From contig JAQGDQ010002380.1 of NCBI GenBank assembly GCA_030141605.1, forward strand, positions 314,950-378,949: a stretch of 64,000 nucleotides of DNA, read 5' to 3'. Source of the DNA: Tubiluchus corallicola. Taxonomy: Eukaryota > Animalia > Priapulida. A model generated the notes under the pieces. That model saw only the letters and a program-made list of their open reading frames with translations. It made no database searches and had not been told where the DNA came from. The position numbers and the translations under genes are program-made. Below are positions 40,239-54,263 of this stretch, one piece after another (the stretch's first letter is position 1; every line of letters begins with the position of its first letter).

Positions 40239-42589
40239 AAGTACCATTAGCAAGTGTAAAATTAAGTTTATCAAAACACAGTAGAATGTCGCTACCAGTC
40301 TCTTTTGAAATTACTGCTTTTTTCTGAAAACTTTGACCACTAATTGCGACCAGCATGGTTTGGATTACAACGAAGTCAAAATTTGTTTACTTTCCCCTGG
40401 TAAGCAGTAATGTTTTTTGTCTAAATTATCGTATAATTATCTGTTATCGTACAGTCTGTTTTTTTTGTATGGTATGAAGCATCAAATTATCGTATATTCG
40501 AATAATTATCATATAAAAAGCAACCCTGTTTATCATTTTCATGTCAGGTAAGTGCTAGAAAATAGAACGAAGGTAGAACTGTAGCAGTGCGTAGTTAATA
40601 TAAAAAAGAGTTCCTTTAAGGGAAAATAGAATGGTGTATAATGTTCTCTTATGATCAGTGATTATTTTATCATTGTTGTGTTTTTAATTAGAAATGCTCC
40701 TTTTAAGGGAAAATTAAAATAAGCTTTTAGCATGTAGTGAACTGAGTGGAATTCTGAAATAGTGTTGTTCCCTATAATAATTTTACAATTTTAGTCAAAG
40801 GATTATGTGCAGTTTTAATAGAAATATTATTTTATGTTCTATGCACTAAGTGGGATGGACGTTTTTGTTGTTGTTGATGTATACTATCTTTTCTCTATAT
40901 ACCAGCTAGACTACACCACTATTGTTATGCATTTGGGAAGTTTTACTTATGGACCAAAGTTGACCTTACCTTTTTTGCCCATTTCTGAAGTTAATTATTG
41001 TAGGTTTTATATTTTAGAATTTAAATGTGCCACATTGTTGCTTTATTAGGGTAGAGGATTGAGTGATATTTTATCAATTGTGCCAAATAAATTAACTTGT
41101 TCTCGGTTAAAGCGGCTTAGGACTATAATAATGGCGGTTATATGCGCCATGCAATTTCTATATTTGAATGAAAATACAGCATTATTGTGTAAATTGTGCC
41201 AAATAAGTTAATATGTTTCTGCTTAAAGTGGATTATCAAGTTACTGCTGTGTTATTTGATTACAGTAATTTTTGTGGCTTTATAAATCGACCAAGTCCAC
41301 ATTAAGATGAAATTATATTTTTTGTAAACAGGATGAAACAGGATAGGAAATAAGTTAACAGGTTTCTGCTTAAAGCAGATTACGAAGTTACAGATGCGCT
41401 AAGCTATACTTTTTGATTACAGTTATATTTATAGCTGTATAAATCGTGGATTGAATAATTAAAATGAAATTATTTTTGTTTGTTTAATGAGATTATTCTT
41501 GTTTATTTAAACTTTAACTATGTTTCTGTGTTACAATAAATGAACTCAAAGCAGAAAATGCAGTTCCTTATATGTTTAAATTCCTGGCAAGAATAAGGGG
41601 GCATTTTATAGTACAATTCTAATGTTGTATATGTTAGATATCATGAAGCAATATAAATTTATCAGAATAGCTCATTGCCACACTTAAGATTTCTGGAAGT
41701 CAGTGATCAAAAGTTATATTACTGCATATTTTATTTAATAAAAACTTTAATTTGGAAACAATATGCAGCCAATAATATGTTAGAATCTTGCTTGTTTCTT
41801 TTGTCACATCAAACTCGCATGTACACAATCTCTAAGAACACTTAAATTGTTGCATGAGGTCTGTCTCAACAGTAAGAACAGCTACGTGTGAGAGTTTTCT
41901 ATACAATAGCTTACAATAACTGTACGATAAAATGATTTACTATTACCAGTTGACAGAGTACCAAAATGTGTAGAAATGAAGAAGTGAACTCATAAGATAT
42001 CATACTAAGTGCAGGTGATGCTACTCATTGTATAATAAATAAAAATTGGAAAAAGTCAAAAAGTTGATAAATCTTGTTGCTGTCTCAGTTGATGTGACTT
42101 ATCAAATGCACTTTCACTGTTTCCTTCATGCACTTTACTTAATCACAGCCTCTTTTTGTTGTTAGCTGATGTTATTTTGCGTAATTTGTTGTGATTTTTG
42201 TTATAAAGTTATGCAATTTGTTTTGTTTTTTTACAGAAGAAGTGGTAGTTTGTTAACATTCTACTTTATTTAATCTCATTTTAGGTGTCAGTTTATGTGC
42301 GTAATACATATTTATGGTAAAGTTTTTTCGTGTTAGGCTGCTTTAAAAAAATTTCTTATTGACAAATAAGAGAAATGCTCACCTACTATGCAAGCAATTA
42401 TTTAAGTCTTGCTAAAATTAATAAATGATCATGGCAGCAATTTATCGTTAAAAAAATTAACATTGTTAATACTAAATTACTAGCAAAATGAGCTTAACCA
42501 AGCCTAGCCCTAGGTGTCTGATATGAGAGTCGTCGTAAATACGCTGTCAACGCGTTGCCAAACGATCGGTTTTCCTGTTGAAGATATCC

Positions 42590-43310
42590 CGTTGTGGGAT
42601 GTGTGAAAAAGTGGGATGCATCGTGAGGGATATTTTAAATTTGAGTGATATAAACAAAATTGGTAGGTTTGCAATACAGATAAGGCTGAACCTCTTACAG
42701 TCAGTTATGATACTAGTGATTTATAATACAGAAACATGGAGTGAAGTAACAAAAGTAGAAATGGGTAGGATGGAAGAAATTCAGAAGGATATGTTACAAA
42801 AACTAGTAATTTATCACAGAAGGTGTCAACTAGTTATAGGGGTATGCTAATAGAACAGTGTACATAAGTATATACTGTAGGTATACACTTTGGGCATATT
42901 AAGACTCTTAAAAAGTTAACCTGGAAGAAACATGTAAAAGAAAACGTAAAAAAATTATTAAAATTACTGCACATCACCAGATATACTCAAGAACTAAGTT
43001 AAGGTTTTTATCTTATGAGCTGAGCACGATAAACCCAAGCAGTATATAACTGAGTTAACACTAGAACAGACAAAAAGGGTTTTAGAGATAAAGCTTAATA
43101 TGCTACCACTAAAATGTAATTATAGAAGTAAGTTTAAAGGAGATATATGGTGTCCGCTATATGGTAAAGACAGGATCTATTTAGATTGTTATAAGAAATG
43201 TGCTACCAACTACAGAAGTAAATTTCCAAAGTCTGATTGAGTCAGAAGATGCACAAATAGCAAAGCAGTAGGTGGAATTTGTTCAAATAGCAATGGAAAC
43301 AAGAAAAAGA
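42590..43310 (+). mobile_element. Degraded LINE C-terminal fragment (copy at ~56980-57700)
   Basis: IYNTETWSEVTK.E...MEEIQK and KLNMLPLKCNY...WCPLCG translations with stops and frameshifts. Confidence 0.6.
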
Positions 43311-43629
43311 AGAGGTGTCGTGCTGGAAATTTAGCTACAATAATAATAGTCATAAATGGTTGATTAGCATCAATGCTGATTACGTTACTTGTGTCTTGCG
43401 CGGTAACATTCCTTTGTGCCTATCTAACCAGATAGAGTTAACACCGAGGAAACAACGAAACAACATGTGCTTACTGGAGAACCGCAACTGCCGCGACATG
43501 ACATAGAGGAAGTTGAGGAACTGCAAGATGTAAAATGTACAACAGTCGTCGTATAGAAAAATATAATCTTAAAGTGAACAATACAAAGACCAAAGAATAC
43601 GTTATACCCACTGCTAATTTAAACATCAA

Positions 43630-44330
43630 CAATTCTTCCTAAATATCTTTTAATGACACAGATAAAGTCAAGGAATACATTATTTAAAAATGTGTATAGT
43701 TACCAGTCTCATGAAGAAGTGAAACAGCTTTGTACAAAAATGGGCAAATTTTCCAGGATTTCAAACATGTGGTGTAGATGAAATTGATAAAATGCATCTG
43801 AATTGCATATTAAAAGAATTTTGTAATAAACTTAAATCAATGTACAGAAAACTATTTTTTACAAAGCTACATAATGATCCTAGACACAGTGATGGCAAAA
43901 ACAAACTAAGATTTTATAGATATGTAAAAATCAATAATGAATTAGAAGATTATTTCAAAATTATTTCTAATGAGAAACAGCGACAAATGATTACGAAATT
44001 ACATAACAGCGAATATGACCTGGAAATAGAACGATTTAGATATCAAAATAAAAAAGGGCATGAAAGGCTTTGTCAATACTGTCACAACAATAGCTCAAAA
44101 TTAGTAGAAAACAAATTATATTACCTTTTTACTTGTCTTTTGTATAAAGATATTAGACAAAAATATGAGCATAAATATATCTTTGCAAAAAGGTAACATA
44201 TACTCAGTAATGTGGTTTTTTTCTAATTGCAAACCCAGAAGACCTTATTCACTTTGGAAACTGCTTAAATGAATGTGATAAAAAAGGCAGTTATATCTTG
44301 GTGGTAATCTGTGAGTGCTGGATAAACCTT
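43630..44330 (+). mobile_element. LINE 3' fragment with zinc-knuckle region, inserted in the old RTE relic (copy at ~58020-58720)
   Basis: KNKLRFY...LEDY...ITKL..S.YDLEIE.FRY...ERLCQYC....VEN..Y.LF.C..YKDIR, typical of non-LTR ORF2 C-termini. Confidence 0.7.
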
Positions 44331-45214
44331 GTGCTGTGATTGTGTAATTTAATCTCGTTTGTGATTATATTAATTATTTAGGTTTTGTGTTTTTACTACT
44401 ACTTTGTAGTTGTAGCATAAAGTTTTATTTCGTAAGAGCACATAATTTCTTATTAGATTTAAGTAAGTTGTACAAACTCGTGGTTTTGCAATGTTGCATA
44501 ATTGCATCTGTATTTGTTGTTTTTCGTGTTTCTTGTACTTTGACTTTTTTGCAATTGTAATTTTTTGCCATGATACGCTATTGTATTTGTGCAATAGAAC
44601 AAAATTGAAATTGAAGATGCGGTAATGATTCGTGGAAAAGATGTAAATAACTTGGTAACTTGTAAGACACCGATGCCCACATACAAAGAAGGAAAATTCT
44701 TAAATTGTCTGCTTATTCACATATCTCAATGATTTTTGATAACAATAGACTTTCTCTTGAAACCAGAGTCCGGATTCTTTCAACTTTAGTTGAATCTGTG
44801 TTTTTGTACACTGCTGAGCTATGGACAATAAAAGTTAAGCAACAGAAGGACAGTTGATGCTTTTCGAAGACGTCTCTATAGGAAATTACTCGCAATTAAA
44901 TCGCCTGATAGAATATCCAATGATGATCTGTATAATGCAGTCAAGAAGATTCCTGGTAGTAGACAAATACAAGTAAGAAAATTGCTTTGGATTGGGCACA
45001 CACTAACAGTAAGATTACCTCCTCTTCCTATGGTATTGCATAAAGCTCTTGAAACGACAAAAAACCAAGAGGCTGTCAACTAGGCTGACGTATTTAGGTT
45101 TTTGGTACAGATTTATGATCTAACATGTACATTAGGCAATTTGATACAGACATCATACTATATTCAAAATTTGTAGCTGCATATTTGCCATTAGTTTCTA
45201 CTCAACAGACCAAG

Positions 45215-48200
45215 ATGACAAGTTTAAATAAGGGATGCACTTTGCCTTTATATGTGGTGGATGCTTTCACAAGCCAGGCATTTGCTGGAAATGCTGCTGC
45301 TGTATGTCTAGTGTCACACAATCAGGTAAATTAATGATGATCTGTCATTAACAAACTTTTCGTCTTAATTTGTTTTCAGCTATTTTTATTGCACTGTTCT
45401 TCACTGCAAATAACTTGTGGTCCTGTAGCACAAACTCAGTCAATGTATGTGTCTTAATCGCACTCTTATTTATGTAAAGATATGAGTTTTTAACTACTAA
45501 CTGATAATGTTTTTGTTATTTATTTATGTGATTAACTCAATGAATTAACTGTGTTACAATAAATAAATCATTATATTATAATATTTAAATCGCAGGCTTG
45601 CATAATAAAAATCACTGGTTTATTTTTAGAAATATTGAAACAAATTTAACAAGTTAGTTGAAAACAAAAGTGTCCATTTAGTCACAGCTGAAATCAATTT
45701 GTAATCAATTAAACTTATAACATCAGTCATAATAATGTCAGGATAATGGTGACTGTGCCTTTAAGTTATGTTTGTATTTGGATCTATTATAATAGTAGGT
45801 GTTTTTCATGAAGATTTAGTATAATTTTAAGTGACAATTACAATGAGTATCAATGCAGAAAATGCATTTTGTTGTTGTTGTTGTTGTTGTTTCCGTTTCT
45901 ACGGAGGCTTTGTAGTTTCTTTCTGCAATTCGAATAGATATTCTGAGTATTATTTGAACTGTACAAAACAGGAGATATGTTATATGTTCAAAATCTATTC
46001 CAAACAGTCCGAAGGCTGTGTTGTTTTTATTAGTTGAATTGTGGTGTAATCTGCATTTCTTGGGTTATATTATTAAATGGCTGTAGACATTGTGATGTAT
46101 ATAGTCATTCGGTTATTCTATTTTAGGTAATCGACGATGCAAAAATGCAAAAAATTGCTTTCGAAATGAACTTGTCGGAAACCTGTTTCATTGCACTGCC
46201 AACAGAAAACGATTCGTTCAAGAATTCTTCCCGGTTTGGCCTGCGATGGTTTACCCCTGCCTGTGAAATCCAACTGTGTGGTCATGCCACTCTTGCTGCT
46301 GCCACGGTGCTTTTCTCTTGTGTTGGTAAGTTTGCTAAGCAGGACAGAAATGTAAATCTAGAAGCTGAACCTGAGTCAGTGCTACTACATCAGCTGACAC
46401 TCACAGTAAATCAGCCAGCTGGAGTTCACCATTAAGAATGACAGATTTTGATTCTTATGTCCTGCAGCAACAATTTAGCGTTAGTTTGAATAGTTTTATT
46501 TGTGAACTGGCTTAAGTGATTCGACAGCACACCCCTTTATATGCCATATATCTCTCTATATCTCTCATATTTTATGTACTCACAATGTTAAAAAAAATCT
46601 CCTGGCTTATAATCTGGCAACTCTAGCAATGGATTTATTGCAAATATAATTTAAATCCAACCCTTGGCAAGGCTTATCTGGATTACCAACAAATCAATAC
46701 TAAAATACCAAAATGATCCAATACGTGTGGCTAATGTTGCCTATTTGTGCATTTTATTTAATTTTGAATTGACTGCTTTCTCATTCAAATATTTCTGAAG
46801 TTTAGTATCTCTGCCAGCACACGTACAATATGACCGCATTGCGACCAGTGATTTCATCATCATCATAAGCCCGTTATGTCAATTGTAGACATTGGGCAGG
46901 CAGAACTCTAAAATAAAAGAAATCTGCCCTCAAAACAGGTAAACACAGCAGTAATCTAGCAAAAAAACTGGACACTGCTATGCCAGTGACTTGTTCGCAA
47001 GAGCAAAAATCTTCACAGCTGGCAAAAATGTCAGCTACCTCGACTTCCGTCACCGAGCGGCTGGCACGACTAAAGCTGGGTTTCTTATCTGCTAGGTCGC
47101 CTGTAGAAATAAACCGACTGGAGCTGAGCTGAAGCGGTATGGCTCTGGCTTCTATGTCGATCCCTTAAGTATTTTTCACGTTGTCTTGAAAATCAGGGAG
47201 TTTTTATTTGCCAACCTAATACCAAACGAATTCACTGTGAATTTATTTGTGTGCTAATGCGTTTACTTCAAATAAGCTTCCATGCAGTTTTGCTTTTTTT
47301 CTTCTATTGTTTTTTTAGATTGTGTGCCTTTTTTGCATTTTAGGACTTAAAGCATTCCGCTGTTTTCAGTTCTCATCATATTTGGCATTTTCTTAGGAGA
47401 CTGTCAGCTTTCCCTTCTTTTCATCTGCACTTTAAAAAATTGGAAAAGGAAAATAGTGCCTGTTAACCATATTCTAAACCATATTCTATTCCAATAATGA
47501 AATTACAATTAGGCATTGCAATATTTGATTGTATTGCTAATCCACTAATGCTACGATTAGGCTCTAAATATTTGTGAAATTGATAATCATTATGATAGGG
47601 GGGTCTGAAATTAAAAGGCAGCTAGTGAATATATCTACAGCTATGTAAATTATTACAGGTAACGAATTTACAGAGATTACATTTGATACGCTAAGTGGAC
47701 CACTTGTTGCCAGAAAAAAAGAGGACAATTTTATTCTGCTAGATTTTCCTGCTAATCCAACTATTAGTGTTAACAAGGAAAATGTTAAAGATCTTTTAAA
47801 GGTACCTACTGTTTTGAATGACCTGTAAAACAAGTTTGCCTGGGTTTTTGTTGTAAGTAATTTTATCATTGAAGCTTTTAGCAGGTAGGTGGTTGACAGT
47901 TTGGAAGACATTCTGACGCCTTGGTATATTTATGTATTTTAGGAAATTTCCGGCGTTACTTGTTTTAACTGTGTGTGCTGGCCATGTTTTTCAAATGTAT
48001 CATATGGGCTGTTTTTTTTTGGCCAATAGCTAAATTGCATCTTTGCACAGACTTTTTTGAAGGCATATTACTTAGTATTATCTTACTTGTATTACTTAGT
48101 ATTACGCTTTCTTGCCTGCAATACTCATGTAAATAGAAAAGACACATTTTCTAGCTTTATGTAAGTAAAGGGCTTTCTTGCCTTTTATGACAATTTTTTG

Positions 48201-51200
48201 GTGTTTTAATTAATCCTATTCAGTTTTCGAATTTGCCTGAAGAGGGGAGACAGCATGAGAGGAACATGGAAACTATTCAAAGGTGGGATGGGGGTGGGGG
48301 GGTGGGGGGTTACAGTAATGGTGGCAGTGAAGCACTTGCTGTTACTTTAATGTTTCTTTTTACTGGCTGTTACACACACGTGCATGCACGCACGCGCACA
48401 CACACACCCACACACACGCACTGTTACATAATATAGTAAAATATATCATATCACTCTTTTCGGTGATTCTAGATTGCATAGCACTCCTACAATAGGACTA
48501 GTTGAAGTTTAGCAAACAACTATCACAATTACTAACCTGACATTCTGTGCATTAAATTTAGAAATCCACAGATTAAAGATACGAGACAATGCCGCTATGA
48601 TAAAACTAAGGGTGCATTCAGACTAGCGAGTTTTCTGTTGGGAGTTTTTCTCTAACACCAAACTTGCAAGTGTGAACTGCTTTGCGAGTTACTATCGACA
48701 AGTCATTGCACACTTTCAGACAGTTGCTACGAAATGATTTCCTGTTTAGTGTGAACAGTCTCAGCGAGTTACTCTTGACACGGCTCCCAGTGAATAGAGG
48801 AGGAGTATCAGCTGGTGCTTACTTCATGTTGGAGAATTTTGTTCTTTAGTCTGAACGTGCTTGCGAGTTACTTGGCGAGAAAATTTGTTAGTATGAATGC
48901 TTCATTACTCTCAAAAGCAGTGCGACAAAATATCAACATTCTTGCAACAGTCAAGTCATCTAAATTCTTCTTTGTAAAAAGTATTTTGGTCCGAACTTTA
49001 ATACACTGTAGAATCTTATGTGAATGTTTTTTATAATACAGGTACTTGTTGGAGATTTACCTATTGTTGATGTGGAGTATGCTCCTGTTATACAACAAAT
49101 GATTGTGTGTCTTCAAGATTCTGTGTCCAGGTGTGCATGTTGATAATTTTTTATTTGGTTTGTCGTGTGTCATTCGTTTTGCACTTTTCATTAGCTTTCA
49201 TGTTATTATACATACTATAAAATTGCTGCAAATTGTACAAATCTGCAATTAATCTCTATTTCTATGAAGTGTGTTTGTGTATGTTTGTTTATTTGTTTGC
49301 TATAAAGTCCTGTTTTACTTATTTAACTTCAAATTTGGTCTATTAAGTTGCTAATACATCACACTCCCCATTGAATTATGGGATATGTACAGTTATGTGT
49401 AGAAATCAATTAACAAAAGCTGAAGACAGTCTACTTTTTAACTTTTGGCAGGAGCTCTACTTACATGAAAAAGAATTTAAAATACACTATGTTTCAGTCC
49501 ATTGTTGGGTTCAAATTCTGATTGGATGAAAATTTTTCATTGTCTCATTCTTCATTCATTAGTCATTGATGTTATTATTGTTGTAAGTATAAGGCTTCAT
49601 GTGTGTGTGTGTTTTACCTTCAGGTAAAAGGAAAAAGTTATGTGAGTAGCAAGTACATGTTTGCTGCATGTCTGGTGCTCTTAGCATTGTGCTAAAATGT
49701 GTTATTTTTAGTCTACTTCTTTTGTAATCTTTGCTGTGCTGCTTGTGGTTGTATTGTACAGTGTCCAGAAAGGTAATCCCCCACTTTGCCAGTTATCTTT
49801 TTGCCAGTCTACTTTTTCACCAGTCTACTTTTTTGCTAGTCTACTTTTTTGCCAGTCTACTTTTTCGCTAGTCTATTTTTTGCCAGTTTTCTTTTTCGCC
49901 ATTCCACTTTTTCACCTCTCCACTTTTTCGCCAGTCTTCTTTTTTGCTAGTCTATTTTTTGCCAGTTTTATTTTTCGCCATTCCACTTTTTCGCCAGTCT
50001 TCTTTTTTGCCAGTTTTCTTTTTCGCCAGTCTTCTTTTTCGCCAGTCTTCTTTTTCGCCAGTCTATTTTTTGCCAGTCTACTTTTTCGCCAGTCTACTTT
50101 TTCGCCAGTTTTCTTTTTCGCCGGTCCACTTTTTTGCCAGTCTTCTTTTTTGCCAGTTTTCTTTTTCGCCAGTCTTCTTTTTCGCCAGTCTTCTTTTTCG
50201 CCAGTCTATTTTTTGCCAGTCTACTTTTTCGCCAGTCTACTTTTTCGCCAGTTTTCTTTTTCGCCGGTCCACTTTTTTGCCGGTCCACTTTTTCCCCGGT
50301 CCACTTTTTCCCCGGTCCACTTTTTCGCCAGTCTTCTTTTTGCCGGTTTTCTTTTTCGCCGATTTTCTTTTTCGCCAGTCTTCTTTTTCGCCAGTCTACT
50401 TTTTCGCCATTCTACTTTTTTGCCAGTTTTCTTTTTTGCCAGTCTTCTTTTTTGCCGGTCCACTTTTTTGCCAGTCCACTTCGTTAGGTTAATAATGATT
50501 AACAATGAAGACTTGACGCTTTAAATGCTTTGTGAACGGAAGATATAAATCCTACAGAGCGTGCCATATATCACTGGATTTGCACTGAAATGATGAATCT
50601 GATGCACTGTGCCAAAATCGCGAGTCCAATCGAAAATTTAACATTCAGAATCTGCTGTTATTTTCATTCTGAGATGTTTAGTTTCCGAGATATGCACCTT
50701 TTTGGAATAACTTAAAAATATACATAGCTAGTCCACCAAATTTAGTATGCTTGTAGTTAGGGTAGAGGGCCACCTCAGGTTGTGACCCTGTGACCCTCCT
50801 GAGTTATAACCCAAAAATCATCAAAAGAGGTCTATTTTTGAGAAATAGTTACTCCTGCAGGAAGCGCCATCTATTCAAACGAAAAAAAACATGAAAGTAC
50901 TATGCCTTGGCTATCAGTAACTTGCTTAGCTTTGTCGAACACTGAACCATTGCCCTTTTACAATGCCACAAACATGCCATTGTCTGTATAATGCTTAATA
51001 TACTTAACATATACGACAGTTGCAAAGATTAGTATCTTCAATACTAATGAATAAAAGTATCATCACCATGTTCGAATGCATATACATTGTACGTTCTTTG
51101 TCACTCAGGTTAATAGTGAGTGGGGGCAACCGGCAACCAGTTTTTTAAATGACTATCAATTCATTTAGTGAGCAGGTCCCATGTTGCTTAATTTTGCAGC

Positions 51201-54200
51201 TAATGACACACTGTGAGCAACAAGCTAATTCTGTCATTCATGATGAAGCAATAAAGATACATTTATTTTCAGGGAGATGTTGGAGGCAAGAGCACCGGAT
51301 AGTTTTGCTCTTCCTGCAGCTAACACGTCCCAGATGAAACTGCACGGTGTCCACTTGACGGTTAAAGCTCCGGCCGACTCCGGCTACGACTTTTATTCCC
51401 GCTGTTTTTTTCCCTGGGATGGACTGCTTGAAGATCCAGTTTGTGGTAAACAATGTGCATTGTTTATGTAAGAATGAATGGACATACTATTTAAATATAT
51501 GAATTAATTATAATTATCTTTGCTTTAAAGTAAAGCTAAACAAAAGAAATTATGTTTATTATTCAACCGTCAGTTGCTACCACACCAGCTGACTCACACA
51601 GTAAATTAGCTAGCTGAGTAAAAAGTTAAAAAGAGCTTCTGGGGAATGTTCTCGATGTGCTCCATTTTGCAGTGTCTATGTTTGCCAGTAAGTGGCGTAT
51701 CTACTGGTGTTCTTTTGTAACCGGGGCGAAAGACACAGGCAAGGTTTGGAGTGGAAAACAGATAGAGTATCGGCAGTGGGACTGATACAGGAAAGTTGTA
51801 GGGTGTGAAGAGAACCACCTAAACTGCAAGGGTGCCCAAATCAATACCAAAACACTAAAATGATCCCACACGTGTGTCTAACGTTGCATATTTGTGTGTT
51901 TAATTTTGAATTGACTGCTTTCTCATTAAAAAATTTTTCAAAGTTAGTATCTCTGCCAGCACACGCACACAGTATGACCACGAATCCATACTGCATTTGC
52001 CATATTTCACCCAGTGATTTCGTCATCATCACATGCCCGTTATGTCAGTTGTAGACATTGCGTAGGCAGAACTCTAAAATAAAAGAAATCTACCCTCAAG
52101 ACAGGTAAACACAGCAGTAATCCAGCAAAAACTAGACACTGCTATGGCAGTGGCTTGTTCGCAAGAGCTAAAATCTTCGCAGCTGGCAAAAATGTCGGCT
52201 GGCTCCACTTCCATCTCTGAGCAGCTGGCGCGACTAAAGCTGCGTTTCTTATCGGCTAGGTCGACTGTAGAAGTGAATTGCCTGGAGTTCAGCTGAAACG
52301 ACATGGCTCTGGCCTCTAGTTTTAAGATGAAGATTAGTTTTAGTTTTGTTCTGTTTTAGTCTTACATTTTCTGTCTTAAGTCTGACTGAAAATCACTATG
52401 TCACTGAAGGAGTTGCCAGTTTTATGGTTTTTCTGTTCTAGTGCAGAAGGACTAATGTGGTAATAGTTCCAGTGAATAAAGTATACATTGTAGGCCTGAT
52501 TTTCAAAAACATGAAATGTTTTTTTCAAAAACATGAAAAGCCTATCTTAATTCATTATGTTTGCATGTTTAAAGTTTGCAATGTTTGATGCCAGTAATCT
52601 TCAACTAATTTCTGACTATGTTAGGGTCGGCTCACACTGTATTTGGTTGTTACTGGCAAAAAGTGCTGGGAAAATCAACTTTTCAAGGTAGGATAATTTG
52701 GTGCTTTATGACGTTTATTGTAATTTAACTTATGATGCTTATTCGTTTATGATCTGATTTTGTGTGTTTTTCAGTATGTCAGTAGATCTCAATTTAAATT
52801 CTGTGCAAGATTATTACCATGCTGACAAAGAGCGATATAGGTTCGATTTACTTAATATTGTGCAGCACACTGTAATTCAATGTGTGTAAAGTCCTCGAAA
52901 GGTTAAAAAATGAAAATTTCCAGCCATTGTAAATAACTGTATCTTAATTGACACAATTTTTCACAAAAAATTACAGAATGCTAGAAAATATAATTGTTAT
53001 TTTGAACAATATATATTTTTAGTGGCCAGTCACAAAGTATAATTACTGCCCTGCAATACCATATCACATAGACTTGTGCAGCATATGTTACCGGAACAGT
53101 ATCTTGCTTAACCCTTTTACCGCCTCCATGATGTACTATTATGTCTATTTTTTGAACTGGCTTATGCCTATTTGACATACATATTTATCATTAATATCTA
53201 GCACTCCATTTAAACTCTGGCGAAGTGTATTATCGCTTAGTCTAGTACGTTTAGACAGCTAGCAGGGCCCAGCACAGCTCCAGGAATATGTGTGAACTGA
53301 GTTTGACCTTATTTCCTTGGCTACATAGCACATCTGCTATGTACATATATGTCTTCGACTGTGAGTTCTGCATCATTTGAAATTTGCTGTTTTTGCACAT
53401 TTGTATTATTATTAATAATAATCTTTTATTCGTATAAAAATTTTTATACAGCAATGTAGTTTTAGTATAAATAATTAATACAATGAAAAATAATTTTTGT
53501 TAGTAATTAAAAAACAAGAGATTTAGAGATTTTAAGACAATTTTCAGCAAAAAGTTTAAAGATTTGATAGTTTTGTAGGTTTTAATGCATATGCACACTC
53601 TCTTACTTATTTTCCAGACGATGGACCTATATATATATGTTCTAAACATTCTTGGTAGATATATAAAAATGATCTGTAAAGGGATTATTATTCTTGTACA
53701 CAATTCTACGTGATTTTAGGGCTTTTGGTTTTTGCATGTATTTTACTTTTGATAAATGTATACCAAAACAAATATGTTATTAATTGTGACTTGCACAAGT
53801 TGATTTTCGGGCTGAATTTAGGTGCTGAAGCTGTTTCACTTGCATGACATTATAATTTTGCTTTGGAGGTTCATTTATTGATCTAAATTCAGTTTCATGT
53901 GCAGTTTCATATCACCATATTGCCTCATTTGCAAATAAATATAAAACATAAACAAGTAAGTAAATATATAGGCCTAATAAATTTCCGTGAATGAATGTAA
54001 TGATTGATTGAATGAATGAATGAATGAATAGGTGGGTGCATCATTGATTTTTATTTCGCTTGTTGAAATCATCTCTTTGTTTCTTATGAACAATACCAAA
54101 GTAAAGTTGCAAAGTTGTTATTTTGTCATGTGCTTTGTGCGTTTTTGTAGCTCGTCAGTGCTCAAAAAGAGGAGGAGATGTCTACGTGAATGTACGAGAA

Positions 54201-54263
54201 GACAAAAGAGTCGAGATTGGAGGCAAGTCTGTAGTCATTATAGAAGGAAAGATCCATTTGTAG
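45215..54263 (+). CDS. PBLD: Phenazine biosynthesis-like domain protein, copy 2, 296 aa
   Basis: Exons 45215-45325, 46127-46325, 47659-47801, 49042-49130, 51273-51445, 52625-52687 and 54151-54263; intact MNLSETCF, LCGHATLA and EDPVCGSAH motifs. Confidence 0.94.
49780..50482. repeat. ~15-bp minisatellite array (TTTTCGCCAGTCTAC and variants)
   Basis: About 700 bp of tandem gccagtct(a/t)cttttt(c) units; source of the low-complexity ORFs at 49736-50524. Confidence 0.95.

Noticed and set aside
41070-41480. Regularly spaced motif aattgtgccaaataa...gcttaaag near the unit junctions
   Set aside because: Looks like a degenerate tandem repeat of about three units with no evidence of function
49736-50524. 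Overlapping Phe-rich and Lys-rich ORFs
   Set aside because: Artefact of a stop-free 15-bp minisatellite
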